A DNA stretch of 64,000 nt. It comes from Octopus sinensis (Eukaryota). Of the stretch, positions 52,224 through 64,000 are shown one piece after another. Under the pieces are notes generated by a model. The model was not told where the DNA came from and searched no databases. It worked only from the letters and a program-made list of their open reading frames with translations. Numbering within the stretch: position 1 is the first letter of the stretch; the number at the start of each line of letters is the position of its first letter. Location: positions 69,688,001 to 69,752,000 of the forward strand of contig NC_043004.1 in assembly GCF_006345805.1 (NCBI RefSeq), written 5' to 3'. Made by a program: the position numbers and the translations under genes.

Positions 52224-54627
52224 TGTATGTACACGAGAGAGAGAGAGAGAGCTAGATAGCTGGTGAGATATATACACACACACACACATATGTATATGTG
52301 CATGTAACTTAGTGGTTACAGTATTCAGCTCATGATTATGAAGTCAGGATTTCAATTCCCAGTGACACATTGTGTCCTTGAGCAAGACACTTTATTTCAC
52401 GTTGCTCCAGTCCACTCAGCTGGCAAAAATCAGCAGTACCTGTAATTGAAAGGGCCAGCCCTGTCACATTCTGTGTCACGTTGAATCTCCCCGAGAACTA
52501 CGTTAGGGGTACACGTGTCTGTGGAGTGCTCAGCCACTTGCATGTTAATTTCACAATGCAGGCTGTTCCGTTGATCGGATCAAATGGACCCCTTGTTGTC
52601 GTAACCAGGAGAGTATCAGTTAATGTATACAGGAGTGGCTGTGTGGTAGGAAGATTGCTTCCCAACCACATGGTTCTGAGTTCAATCCCTATGCGTGTCA
52701 CATTGGGCAAGTGTCTTCTACTATAGTCTCAGGCTGACCAAAACCTTGTGAGGAGATTTGGTAGGCGAAAACTGAAAGAAGCCCATTGTACATGAGTGTA
52801 TGTGTTTGTGCCTCCTTGTTTTGATATCGCATGATAGCTGTAAACGAGTGTCACAGCCATACAAGCAGTGTCATTCGTTTCCAATATTCTGTGGGAACAT
52901 GTCTGGCCATGAGGAAATATTACCTTGTCTGGAAACGGGCAGATTGGCAACAATAAGGCCATCTGGCCATAGAAAATTTGCCTCAATAAACTTCATCTGA
53001 CCCATGCAATCATGGAAAAATGGATATGAGAATGATTAACGAATGAATTTGCATGTATGTACATACATATACAGTGTAGAACCACCATGTGGTAGCTAAG
53101 CCCGCCAGGAATAGCAGCCAAATATCCTTCAAATTACATATACTGTCTTAAAGAAATGGGACGTATTCAATAAAGTAGTCTTAGATATACTATTTCTAAA
53201 AAACATGCATGGTATGTTCATGGCTTATTCTATCAATCGCTCTGCCAAACTGCTAAGTTACACTGATTGTCAAGTAGTTTGGGGGTGGGGTGTAAACAAA
53301 GGTATGTACACACACACACTCATATACATATGTGAAAGGGCATGGCCTAGTAGTTAGAATATTGCACTCATAATCACAAGATCATGGTTTCAACTCCCAG
53401 ACCAGGCAATGCATTGTGGTTCTTGAGCAAAACACTTCTTTTCACATTGCTCCAGTCCACTCAGCTGTGAAAAGGTAACCCTGGGACGATGTTGGCCTAC
53501 TCACCTTGTTAGCAGAGAGGCATCGTTAAAAGCTACAACAATGCAAAGAAGTGCATTGTGACCAGTGATGTATAACAACATCTGATAGTCAGCACGTTAC
53601 AGTGGTATCATCATCATCATCATTGTTTAATGTCTGCTTTCCATGCTGGCATGGGTTGGATGGTTTGACAGGACTGGCAAGCCAGAAGGCTGTACCAGGC
53701 TCCACTCTGATCTGGCAGGGTTTCTACAGCTGGATGCCCTTCCTTATGCCAACCACTCCGAGAGTGTAGTGGGTGTTTTTTACGTGCCACCAGCACGAGG
53801 GCCAGTCAGCCAGTACTGGCCTCAACCACGCTTGAATAGTACTTTTTACATGCCACTGCCATGGGAGCCAGTCAAGCAGCACTGGCAACAACCATGCTTG
53901 AATGGTGCTTTTTTTCATGCTACCAGCACAGGAGCCAGTCAGATAGCACTGGCAACTACCCATAATGTTCTTTGTATCAGCCCACTCGTCTTGGTTACTG
54001 GTGAGAGAGTTACTTTGTTATTTGAATACTTTGATTCCATCAGATCCTGAAAATGGACTAAACAGAACAGGAAGAGACACGTGGGAGGGAGAATCACTGA
54101 AGAGGTCACAGGACGTGTGACGAAAGATTTCCAGATAATGGATAAAATATGGACAATAATAAACATGTGAAGAACAAATGTACAGTGCATGTGTTTATTT
54201 GGCAAAAAAATGACTGTCCCAAAGTATAACAATATGTCTGTCTGTGTGTGTGTATGTATATATGTGTGTAAGTGTATGTATGTATGTATATATGTGTGTA
54301 AGTGTATGTATGTATATATGTGTGTATATGTATGTATATATGTGTGTGTATATATATATATATATATATGACAGACTTCCACATACTTTCTTTCTATCAA
54401 ATTTATCCACAAGGCTTTGGTCAGTAGCCCAAATCTATAGTAGAAGACAAAACACTTCACGAAGTTGCTGTGCTGTGGGATTGAACCAGAAATCACATGG
54501 TTGCAAAGCAAGCATTTTAACCACACAGCCAGGACTTTTTTTTTAATGTTAACATAAAGAAGGGCCATTTGTAAAATAGAATTCAGCAAAAGGGTTTGCT
54601 GAGCTAAATTATGGGAGAGTGTACTGA

Positions 54628-54885
<258 letters not shown>

Positions 54886-55322
54886 TAAACAAACAACAAT
54901 ACGTTTTCTTAGAGGTTTATTTCTTCTTAATTCATTTATTTTTTATTTTTCATTAATTAATTCTTCATTAATCATGAGGATTTTTTATTGTTTTTTTTTT
55001 TTTGTCCTTTTCACCCGTCACTATTCAGCTTATCTTGTCAAATGTAATGCTTATTTATTCCATAGTTTGAGTCAATCATGCATTATCTCGTAGCTTTGAG
55101 AATCTAACAATGTGACTGTTTATTTTTGGAATGACACTGCAGGGTATGTGTGAGAGGCAGGATCTGGTCAGTTTGAACAAAAAATCACATAGAATATTTG
55201 AGTTTGTTATGGCAAGTTAAAATGCTAAATTGTTAAGTTCCATATTGTTTCTGTTTCCTGAATAACATTTATAAAGAATTGGTTACCACTAGGCTGCAGA
55301 GGAAGGCGTCAATACTTTAGAG

Positions 55323-55542
55323 CAGTGCTTTTCAAACTTTTTGCTGGAGCGGAACCCCAAGGAAACATTCCACTGGCTCGAGGAACCCCTGTGCAATAAT
55401 TTAATTGTCCTATGCACACATATCTGCACAGGAGAATTAAAAATTACTGTCGATTTTAGCATTTTTGTAACTTCTTGCGGAACCCCTGGACTGTACTGGC
55501 GGAAAGCCTAAGGTTCCGCGGAACCCTGGTTGAAAACCACTG
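55323..55542. mobile_element. hAT (Charlie-like) MITE
   Basis: TIR cagtgcttttcaaac / ggttgaaaaccactg; 8-bp TSD ctttagag / ctttagtg. Confidence 0.88.
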
Positions 55543-55639
55543 CTTTAGTGTGTTTTTTCATCACTACAATGGAATTTTGTTGATGGGAAAGTGCAGGGAC
55601 CCCATGCATGCTTCCCCACATGTGTCTTTGCATTACTCT

Positions 55640-56041
55640 TTTTTTTAATCTTTTACTTGCTTCTGTCATTTGATTGTGGACATGCTGGAGCACCACCTTT
55701 AGTTGTGCAAATCGACCCCAGGACTTATTCTTTGTAAGCCTTGTACTTATTCTATCGGTCTCTTTTGTTAAACCGCTAAGTTATGGAGACGCAAACACAC
55801 CAGCATCGGTTGTCAAGCGATGTTCAGGGGACAAACACAGGCACACAAACATATATACACACACACATATATACATATATACGACGGGCTTCTTTCAGTT
55901 TCCATCTACCAAATCCACTTCCAAGGCTTTGGTCGGCCCGAGGCTATAGTAGAAGACACTTGCCCAAGGTGCCACGCAGTGGGACTGAACCCAGAACCAT
56001 GTGGTTGGTAAGCAAGCTACTTACCACACAGCCACTCCTAC
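55640..56041 (-). mobile_element. SINE family A
   Basis: Reverse complement of the consensus. Confidence 0.88.
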
Positions 56042-56280
56042 ACCTTTCTACTAGCAATGATGATGCTTATGTCCCACATCAGCAAACTGCCCAGCAGTTT
56101 TATTTGGCATGCAAGGATAAATGGAACAGAGTATTTAATATGAAAACAAAGTAAAGATGAATGTCAGGCAAGGCCTCTGGTCATAAAAACTGCCTCCCTC
56201 AACAATATATTGGGAATATGGTGCTGGCAATACCAAAGATATACTCTTCAAAAACAATGTAATATAGTGGAATGTGTAGT

Positions 56281-56648
56281 GGAGGTGCAATGGCCCAGTG
56301 GTTAGGGCAGCGGACTCGCGGTTTCAATTCCCAGACCTGGCGTTGTGAGTGTTTATTGAGCGAAAACACCTAAAAGCTCCACGAAGCTCCGGCAGGGGAT
56401 GGTGGTGATCCCTGCTGTACTCTTTCACCACAACTTTCTCTCACTCTTACTTCCTGTTTCTGTTGTACCTGTATTTCAAGGGGCTGGCCTTGTCACTCTC
56501 TGTGTCACGCTGAATATCCCCGAGAACTACGTTAAGGGTGCACGTGTCTGTGGAGTGCTCAGCCACTTACACGTTAATTTCACGAGCAGGCTGTTCCGTT
56601 GATTCGGAGCAACCGGAACCCTCGTCGTCGTAACCGACGGAGTGCTTC
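56281..56648 (+). mobile_element. SINE with family C tail but an alternative head (ggtgcaatggcccagtggttagggcagcgg)
   Basis: The 3' half matches family C; the 5' half matches the head of 28174-28484. Confidence 0.82.
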
Positions 56649-57086
56649 CATCCAGTGTAATGTGATATAACTGTTCTGCTGTCATTACTTCCTTGATAAT
56701 GAAGCTTGACATTAAAATTGATGACTGGAGCTTTGTGAGTTTATTTTTTCACTCTATGCTTCATCGCTGATGGTAGATTGGGAAGTGACTACAGACCCAT
56801 CCACCGTGTCAGTGGCTATGTGGCACAAGATCAGCAACGTAACCTAAGTCCACAGCTAAAAAGAAAAAAGACCAATGTCAGGTTGGGAAATGGAAGGCAG
56901 GATACATGATGCAATGGTCAGGAAAAGAGATTTCAGTGAGTGGTTGCATGATCAGCCAGTACCCATGGTGAGCAAGTCAGAGCCAAGGGTCAGTTTGTCT
57001 CCTCTATGTTTAGCCCCTTGTGGGCAATAAAGAAATAAGAAACTCTGTCTCAGATGTGTTAGCAGTGGTGGAATGTGGGTCTAAGG

Positions 57087-57358
57087 CAGTGATTCCCAGC
57101 CACAGTCGATATGGCCCTGGGGTCCACATAAGATTTTGTTGTTAAGATTTATATGTAGTAAATTGCTTATATTTCTACAATACTCAAAATATCTTAATTT
57201 TTTATACAATTCCTAATAATATTATAAAAATACACTATGGTATATATATGTGTGCGTGTGTGTGTGTGTGTGTATACACATCAGATGGCTGTGTAGGGCC
57301 AGTAGAGTAAAATAGGAACCAAAGGTGTCCATAGGTTAAAAATGGTCAAGAAATACCG
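57087..57358. mobile_element. Degenerate hAT MITE
   Basis: cagtgattccc ... ggtcaagaaataccg; TSD-like gtctaagg / ttctaggg. A related fragment lies at about 16879-17000. Confidence 0.5.
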
Positions 57359-58047
57359 TTCTAGGGTGTTTGTATGTGTAGCAACAGCACCATCTCTGAT
57401 GCTAGAACATTATTTCCTTGAGTATTTTAGTTGATGGTATTGTAAAAATATTAGTACAAACTATCCTGCAGTAAATAACAGCAAGAGAAACTAACTTCCA
57501 TATTGGTTTTTTATGCAAATTGCATTTCTGTTTCTATTGCCAACAGGGAGATAACTCTCTCTGTTATCCCTAGCACCAAGACCACCAGATCTCAAGTGAT
57601 TTTGACCTTCCTTGGTCTTGTCAGTAATGGTCTATCTGGTGGTCTTGGCACTGGAGATTTGCAGGCATTTATCTCCCTGCTAGCAATGTAAACAAGAGTG
57701 CATTTTGCACCAAAAGCCAATATGAGAGTTTCTCTCATGGTAACCACTGTATGTTCCAACAGAACCTCTATGTTTAAGTGGATGTATTTTGTAAAAATAA
57801 TGTCCCCAGTTCAGTAATGTAAACCCAGTATAGTACCCTCTAACCAATAATAATATACTGCCCTTTATTTCTCCTAAAGACAATGTATTTCCACTGTATG
57901 GTACCTTGATCCGAAAATACCCTGGGTCTGTAGAGCCTCAATGTTGTAACGAAGCACCTCAAACCAAAACTTTAACTCCATATTTTGTTAAATCATTTTC
58001 TTTCTTTCACTCATTCTCTCTCTCTTTTTTCTTTAACATCTTTGCAG

Positions 58048-58085
58048 AGATCTGAAACCAGAGAACATTTTACTGGATGATTTTG
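58048..58085 (+). CDS. GRK5: GRK 38-nt exon, catalytic loop: (R)DLKPENILLDDF(G)
   Basis: tttgcag acceptor and g|gtaagt donor. It completes YRDLKPEN with the previous exon. Confidence 0.96.
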
Positions 58086-58233
58086 GTAAGTACTCTCTTT
58101 AACAGTCAACGTTCGTTTGGTTCCAACTTGCCAAATTTTATATTTCATTTGCATGCACATATTGATGTGTGTGTGTTTGTGTGTGTACACATGTGTTCAT
58201 ATACAAAACATACATCCCTCTTCCTTTCACCTT

Positions 58234-58234
<1 letters not shown>

Positions 58235-58292
<58 letters not shown>
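58235..58292 (+). repeat. (CT)29 in the 255-bp intron between the 38- and 90-nt exons
   Basis: A pure CT repeat ending 48 nt upstream of the acceptor. Confidence 0.95.
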
Positions 58293-58296
<4 letters not shown>

Positions 58297-58306
58297 TTTT
58301 TTTTAA

Positions 58307-58435
<129 letters not shown>

Positions 58436-58561
58436 TAACGTTCTCATGCACCTACACATACACACACAAACCCACCCACATACACTCATATGAGTGAATA
58501 AAGAAACGATATAAAGTATCATTCATCACGTTTGGTTGGTGTTACATATATTAAATAACCT

Positions 58562-58654
58562 GTTTGACCCAACTCCATATGACTTAGTCTCATGGGCGTA
58601 TAGGATGTGATCACACCCCCATGAAACTTTAAGTCACATGGAGCTGAGTCAAAC
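58562..58654. repeat. Imperfect 93-nt inverted repeat (hairpin) in a GRK intron
   Basis: gtttgacccaactccatatgactta... pairs with ...taagtcacatggagctgagtcaaac; stem of about 37 bp. Confidence 0.75.
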
Positions 58655-58993
58655 TGATTGTGTGTATGTGTGTGTGTTTTATTTTCATCTTTATTTATTT
58701 GTTTTTTATAGTTGGTATTCCATGTACAAACATTTACATCTGTTTTTTCTCATTGTTGGGGATATATTTTCTAAATGCTCTTTGACACCTTTGGAAGTCG
58801 TGGCACTGCCTTAAGGTGCCAAAGTCACGTTACCCAACTGGCATCTGACAAGAGCAGTACCCAAGTTATGTTTAACATGTTCGTAATGTCTCAATATTAC
58901 TCCTCTGTTTGATTTCGTTTGCTTACCTAGGGTTGTATAACTTTTCTTATAGCTTCATTGCTCCTTTGTAGGGTGTGGACGTGTCTGTGTTGA

Positions 58994-59291
58994 CCATTTA
59001 GCATTTAAACTGACCACATCCGGCCGAAATATTCTACCTGCTTTATGTTTAAACCATCTGGGTCTGGCCTCTCACACTTACTCTACAATGTCGTTCTAAA
59101 AATAAACAATCAGGCGCAGGAGTGGCTGTGTGGTAAGTAGCTTGCTAACCAACCACATGGTTCCAGGTTCAGTCCCACTGCGTGGCATCTTGGGCAAGTG
59201 TCTTCTGCTATAGCCCCGGGCCGACCAATGCCTTGTGAGTGGATTTGGTAGACGGAAACTGAAAGAAGCCTGTCGTATATATGTATATATA

Positions 59292-59347
<56 letters not shown>

Positions 59348-59650
59348 TTGTCCCCCTAGCATTGCTTGACAACCGATGCTGGTGTGTTTACATCCCCGTC
59401 ACTTAGCGGTTCGGCAAAAGAGACCGATAGAATAAGTACTGGGCTTACAAAGAATAAAGTCCCGGGGTCGATTTGCTCGACTAAAGGCGGCGCTCCAGCA
59501 TGGCCGCAGTCAAATGACTGAAACAATTAAAAGAGTACAAGAGTAATCACATCATCAAGATTTTGAAGTTACACGATGATGCTTTCTTAATTCAAAGCAA
59601 TGTGAATCACTAAGCATTATCTTTGACAGAATAATCTGAATGCGAAAGGG
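58994..59650 (+). mobile_element. piggyBac-like MITE split by a SINE insertion
   Basis: Ends ccatttagcatt / aatgcgaaaggg, each flanked by TTGA. Homologous to the intact copy at 63557-63774. Confidence 0.6.
59112..59545 (+). mobile_element. SINE family A (young), inside the piggyBac-like MITE
   Basis: Near-consensus sequence with a short aatca duplication. Confidence 0.9.
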
Positions 59651-59679
59651 TTGAAGCTAGGGGTGAATTTCAGTCTTTT

Positions 59680-60038
59680 ATTTGTTTGCCATCTGACTGC
59701 AGCCATGCTGGAGCACCACCTTGAAGGGTTTTAGTCGAACAAATCATCTCCAGGACTTTTTTCTTCTAAGCCTAGTACTTATTCTATCAATCCCCTTTTG
59801 CTGAACTGCTAACTTACAGGTCAGTAAACACACCAACACCGGTTGTTAAGTGGTATTGGGGGACAAACACACATATATACAACAGGCTTCTTTCAGTTTC
59901 CATCTACCTAATCCACTCAAGGCTTTGGTTGACTTGATGGCTATAGAAGAAGACACTTGCCCAAGGTGTCACACAGTGAGACTGAACTCAGAACCATGTG
60001 GTTGGAAAGCAACCTTCTTACCACACAACCACACCTGC
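59680..60038 (-). mobile_element. SINE family A (old, diverged)
   Basis: Recognisable head and tail with many private changes. Confidence 0.8.
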
Positions 60039-60199
60039 CAAGGTTTTTTTTTTATTTTGTTTTTTATTATGCTGGGATTAGATGAAAGGGCAGTCCTTGA
60101 CCCTTGACCTTTGTAGGTCAATGTCATTAATGTTTTGTTTAAGGTGTTGCTGTTAGCACCTGCAAGATTGACATGAGTAGGGAGATGATTCCAGAGGGA

Positions 60200-60690
60200 C
60201 ATTATTCTGAGAATGAAGGATTGGGTATAGTGGTTTGTGTAAGAAAAGAGTGATTTGGTGCCTCAAGAGGGCTAAACGGGGGAGAGAAGAATGGGATGGG
60301 AGTGCCTGAGTGGTGGAGGTAGGAGATCCGCCAGCTCAGAGGAACAGAGATCATAATAGTAGTAGCAAAAAGAAAAGACAAAGAGGGGAGACAAAGGGAG
60401 ACAACACACCTGTTGCCCAAGGGCTGGAGTGTCAATCAACCAGGTGAGCATCTTTCTGGATATGATTCAAGACGGCAATTTGTTTATCGGTAGCATCATT
60501 CCAGGTGTAGGAATAGTACTTTATTGTGGGCATCAGTTGAACTTTGTAAAGTGTCAGTAGCTGCTTGGGGGGGTAGTGAAATATCTTCTGGCTCTGAAGA
60601 GAAGAAAAGCTCTGAAATACAGTCCCAACTACGCTAAGGATGTTATTGACCTGAAGGACAATAACTCTGGATGACTGAGGCAATCCATCT
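60200..60690 (-). mobile_element. CR1/Jockey-group LINE RT C-terminal relic
   Basis: KQLLTLYKVQLMPTIKYYSYTWNDA...TLQPLGNRCVVSL, resembling QLLTLYKAQVRP.MEYCSH.W...LQPL.HRR.V.SL. Confidence 0.6.
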
Positions 60691-60766
60691 CGTCCATGTC
60701 AGCATGGGAAGCGAATGTAAAACGATGATGATGATGATGATAGTGGTGGTGGCAGTGGCCACTACT

Positions 60767-61161
60767 CTACTCTCTTTTACTCTTTTACTTGTTTCAGTCA
60801 TTTGACTACGGCCATGCTGGAGCACCGCCTTTAGTCGAGCAAATCAACCCCGGGACTTATTCTTTGTAAGCCCAGTACTTATTCTATCGGTCTCTTTTGC
60901 CGAACCGCTAAGTGACGGGGACGTAAATACACCAGCATCGGTTGTCAAGCAATGCTAGGGGGACAAACACAGACACACAAACACACACATACACACATAT
61001 ATACGACAGGCTTCTTTCAGTTTCCATCTACCTAATCCACTCTAGGCTTTGGTTGACTTGATGGCTATAGAAGAAGACACTTGACCAAAGTGTCACACAG
61101 TGAGACTGAACTCAGAACCATATGGTTGGAAAGCAACCTTCTTACCACACAGCCACTCCTG
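60767..61161 (-). mobile_element. SINE family A chimera (young tail, diverged head)
   Basis: The tail is near consensus; the head shares derived changes with 59899-60037. Confidence 0.85.
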
Positions 61162-61204
61162 TGCCTACAGCTGCAATTATTGCATATTTGAGTAATTGAT
61201 ATAA

Positions 61205-61533
61205 TCATCATCATCATCATCGTCGTTTAACGTCCGCTTTCCATGCTAGCATGGGTTGGACGGTTCAACTGGGGTCTGGCAAGCCCGAAGGCTGCACCAG
61301 GCCAGTCAGATCTGGCAGTGTTTCTACAGCTGGATGCCCTTCCTAACGCCAACCACTCCGAGAGTGTAGTGGGTGATTTTATGTGCCACCGACACAGGTG
61401 CCAGACGAGGCTGGCGAACGGCCACGCTCGGATGGTGTTTTTTATGTGCCACCGACACAGGTGCCAGACGAGGCTGGCAGACGGCCACGCTCGGATGGTG
61501 TTTTTTATGTCCACCGACACAGGTGCCAGACGA
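61205..61533 (-). mobile_element. Retroposon family D (young) with 63-bp tandem units
   Basis: Units start at 61381, 61444 and 61507. Confidence 0.85.
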
Positions 61534-61890
61534 AATAATAATAATGAAATTATTGTATACAGTGCTCAGGTGCACCACAACTTGTCAGAAAGTGCATATA
61601 AAGTACATGCAGTAATGCAGAAATGTCTGGAAAGCGAACAATGTATGAGTCAGATACATGCTTGTGTGTGTATGAAGGGGAGAAAATCAAGTGTAGTGTT
61701 GGCAAATCTCAGGAAGCATGGAAGTTTTGAAGGATGCAGTGCTCCGACAACTAACAACTGATGCCGGCAGTTTGTTCCATGCTTCAGCAACTCTCAGCAT
61801 GAAAAAATGTTTCCTGAAGTCATGGGAGCTGTGCTGTTTTCTTACTTTGTAAATATGTCCACGGGTGTTAGATGGGTGGAGTTTGAAAAT
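61534..61890 (-). mobile_element. CR1-type LINE 3' end, same family as 21296
   Basis: Shares tacagtgctcaggtgcac and cagcaactctcagcatgaaaaaatgtttcc; (TAT)n tail. Confidence 0.8.
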
Positions 61891-62407
61891 ATATCTGAAA
61901 TAGCTGTGAAAATTCAGAATTTCTACAAGTTTGTGAATTTATAGACTCATCAATCTCAGCTTAGTATTTAAAAAAATGACTTCTCTTGGTGGAGTTGGAC
62001 GTTCATAAGGCCATCACCACACACACACACTCACAAGCTGAGAACAAATACCTCATAAATAAGCTGGTCTACGTTTCAGGGGAGATAATTTTTCTTCTAC
62101 TGACTAACACCATATTGTAAAATTACTTCTAAATTCTTAGAATTAATTTGTCAAATTCATATGATGATAACATACTCAGTAATATGTATATTAACTTGTG
62201 CCCCTACTTCATTATCATAACCTCTTTTTAATATTCTCCTTCCGTGCTGGTATGGGTTGGATATTTTGACAGGAACTGGCAAATCAGAAGGCTGTGCTAA
62301 GCCCTACTGTCTGCTTTGGTACGGTTTCTATAGTTGGGTGCCCTTCCTTCTTAACCATGTTCAATCAGAGAACAGCTGACAACACCCAAAATTGTGTCTA
62401 CATTTAG

Positions 62408-62662
<255 letters not shown>

Positions 62663-62965
62663 TAAAACAGCTTATTTTGCTTTCTATGAAAAATTCAACA
62701 TCCCTAATAAACAATATCAACACCCTTTGTTTAGATGATATAATCTAAAATGCAAAACAGAGAGTTTGGGCCCAGTGGTAGGGGCTGTTGAGAGGATGTA
62801 TGTTTTAATCTCTGTAATTAATATGTCTAAACTACGAAATGAGACATTTAGGTACTGCTGTTTGGACTCTGGCAATTAGGCGTGGTTGACTGGACATGGA
62901 ACCTGTTTTGGTGACATTACTTTTTGGTACTAGAGGCAAAACTACATGCACAGTGAAAGAGAGAT

Positions 62966-63352
62966 ACTCTTTTACTTGTTTCAGTCATTTGACTTTGGCC
63001 ATGCTGGAGCACCGCCTTTTAGTCCAGCAAATCGACCCTAGGACTTATTCTTTGTAAGCCTAGTACTTATTCTATCAGTCTCTTTTGCCGAACCGCTAAG
63101 TTACGGGGACGTAAACACACCAGCATCAGTTGTCAAGCAATGTTGGGAGGACAAACACAGACACACAAACATATACACACACACACATATATACGACAGG
63201 CTTCTTTCAGTTTCCGTCTACCAAATCCACTCACAAGGCTTTGGTCAGCACGAGGCTATAGTAGAAGACACTTGCCCAAGGTGCTATGCAGTGGGACTGA
63301 ACCCAGAACCATGTGGTTCGTAAGCAAGCTAATTACCACGCAGCCACTCCTA
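62966..63352 (-). mobile_element. SINE family A
   Basis: Reverse complement of the consensus. Confidence 0.88.
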
Positions 63353-63556
63353 CGATGATAATTCAATAATTGAATATGATTGGCATAAATATTTTTCCTC
63401 TCAAACACATAAGCAGAGAGAGAGATAGAGAGAGAAAGGCATTAAAATTTCTAATGTCAAATAAATCTGTTGACTCAGTGATGCCAAGTAGGTGGTACCA
63501 AAACAGCTGTGCCAAAATGTCTCATACCCTATAAATTTTGACAGAATTCCTTGTAA

Positions 63557-63774
63557 CCCTTTAGCATTTAAACCAACAATATCTGACCTAAATATTCTAC
63601 TTATTTTATGTTCAAACTGGCTAGATCCAACCTCTCACACCTACCCTGCAATGTCATTCTGAAAATATCCAATTATATCATTGGAATCTCAAAGCTAATA
63701 TTATGCATAATTAATTCAAAACAACATGAATAAGTAATCATCACATTTGGCAGATTAATCTGAATGCTAAAGGG
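63557..63774 (+). mobile_element. piggyBac-like MITE
   Basis: TIR ccctttagcatt / aatgctaaaggg with TTAA-like flanks (gtaa / ataa). A degenerate reverse copy lies at about 55000-55232. Confidence 0.6.
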
Positions 63775-64000
63775 ATAAGCACATACATTTACTATGGTCT
63801 CAGTTACCAACAAATCCTACCACGACATCATAGTCTCTTTTATTAACCCTTTTGATACCAACCCGGCCAAAACTGCCTCTGGTTTTGCAGTACAAATGTC
63901 TTGTTTCTGTAAGTTTTGAATTAAAATCTTCCACCAAACCTTAGTCACAATTTATGTTCCTAACACTAGCTTAATGATAACTAAGTTATTTTACTAAATT

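Overview
AT-rich, microsatellite-saturated animal genomic DNA. The repeat content points to an octopod cephalopod (inference). The only supportable host gene is six + strand exons (31386-62641; 93, 205, 191, 38, 90 and 89 nt; all GT-AG and phase-compatible) of a GRK4/5/6-subfamily G protein-coupled receptor kinase. They cover the end of the RH domain through kinase subdomain IX; both ends of the gene lie outside the recognisable part of the window. The rest is intron, packed with mobile elements: dozens of tRNA-derived SINEs built from interchangeable head and tail modules; RTE, CR1-type and CRE-like LINE relics; a near full-length Tc1-like element with DD36E spacing; two mariner-derived non-autonomous families; hAT and piggyBac-like MITEs; and two non-autonomous Helitrons. 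The most interesting signals are structural. An inverted pair of fold-back mariner derivatives brackets the kinase N-lobe exon. SINE modules are combinatorially shuffled. One SINE has a 159-bp target-site duplication. There is local SINE-SINE sequence exchange, and several intronic hairpins could be ADAR substrates. Repeat boundaries were read by eye and are approximate unless a TSD or TIR is quoted.
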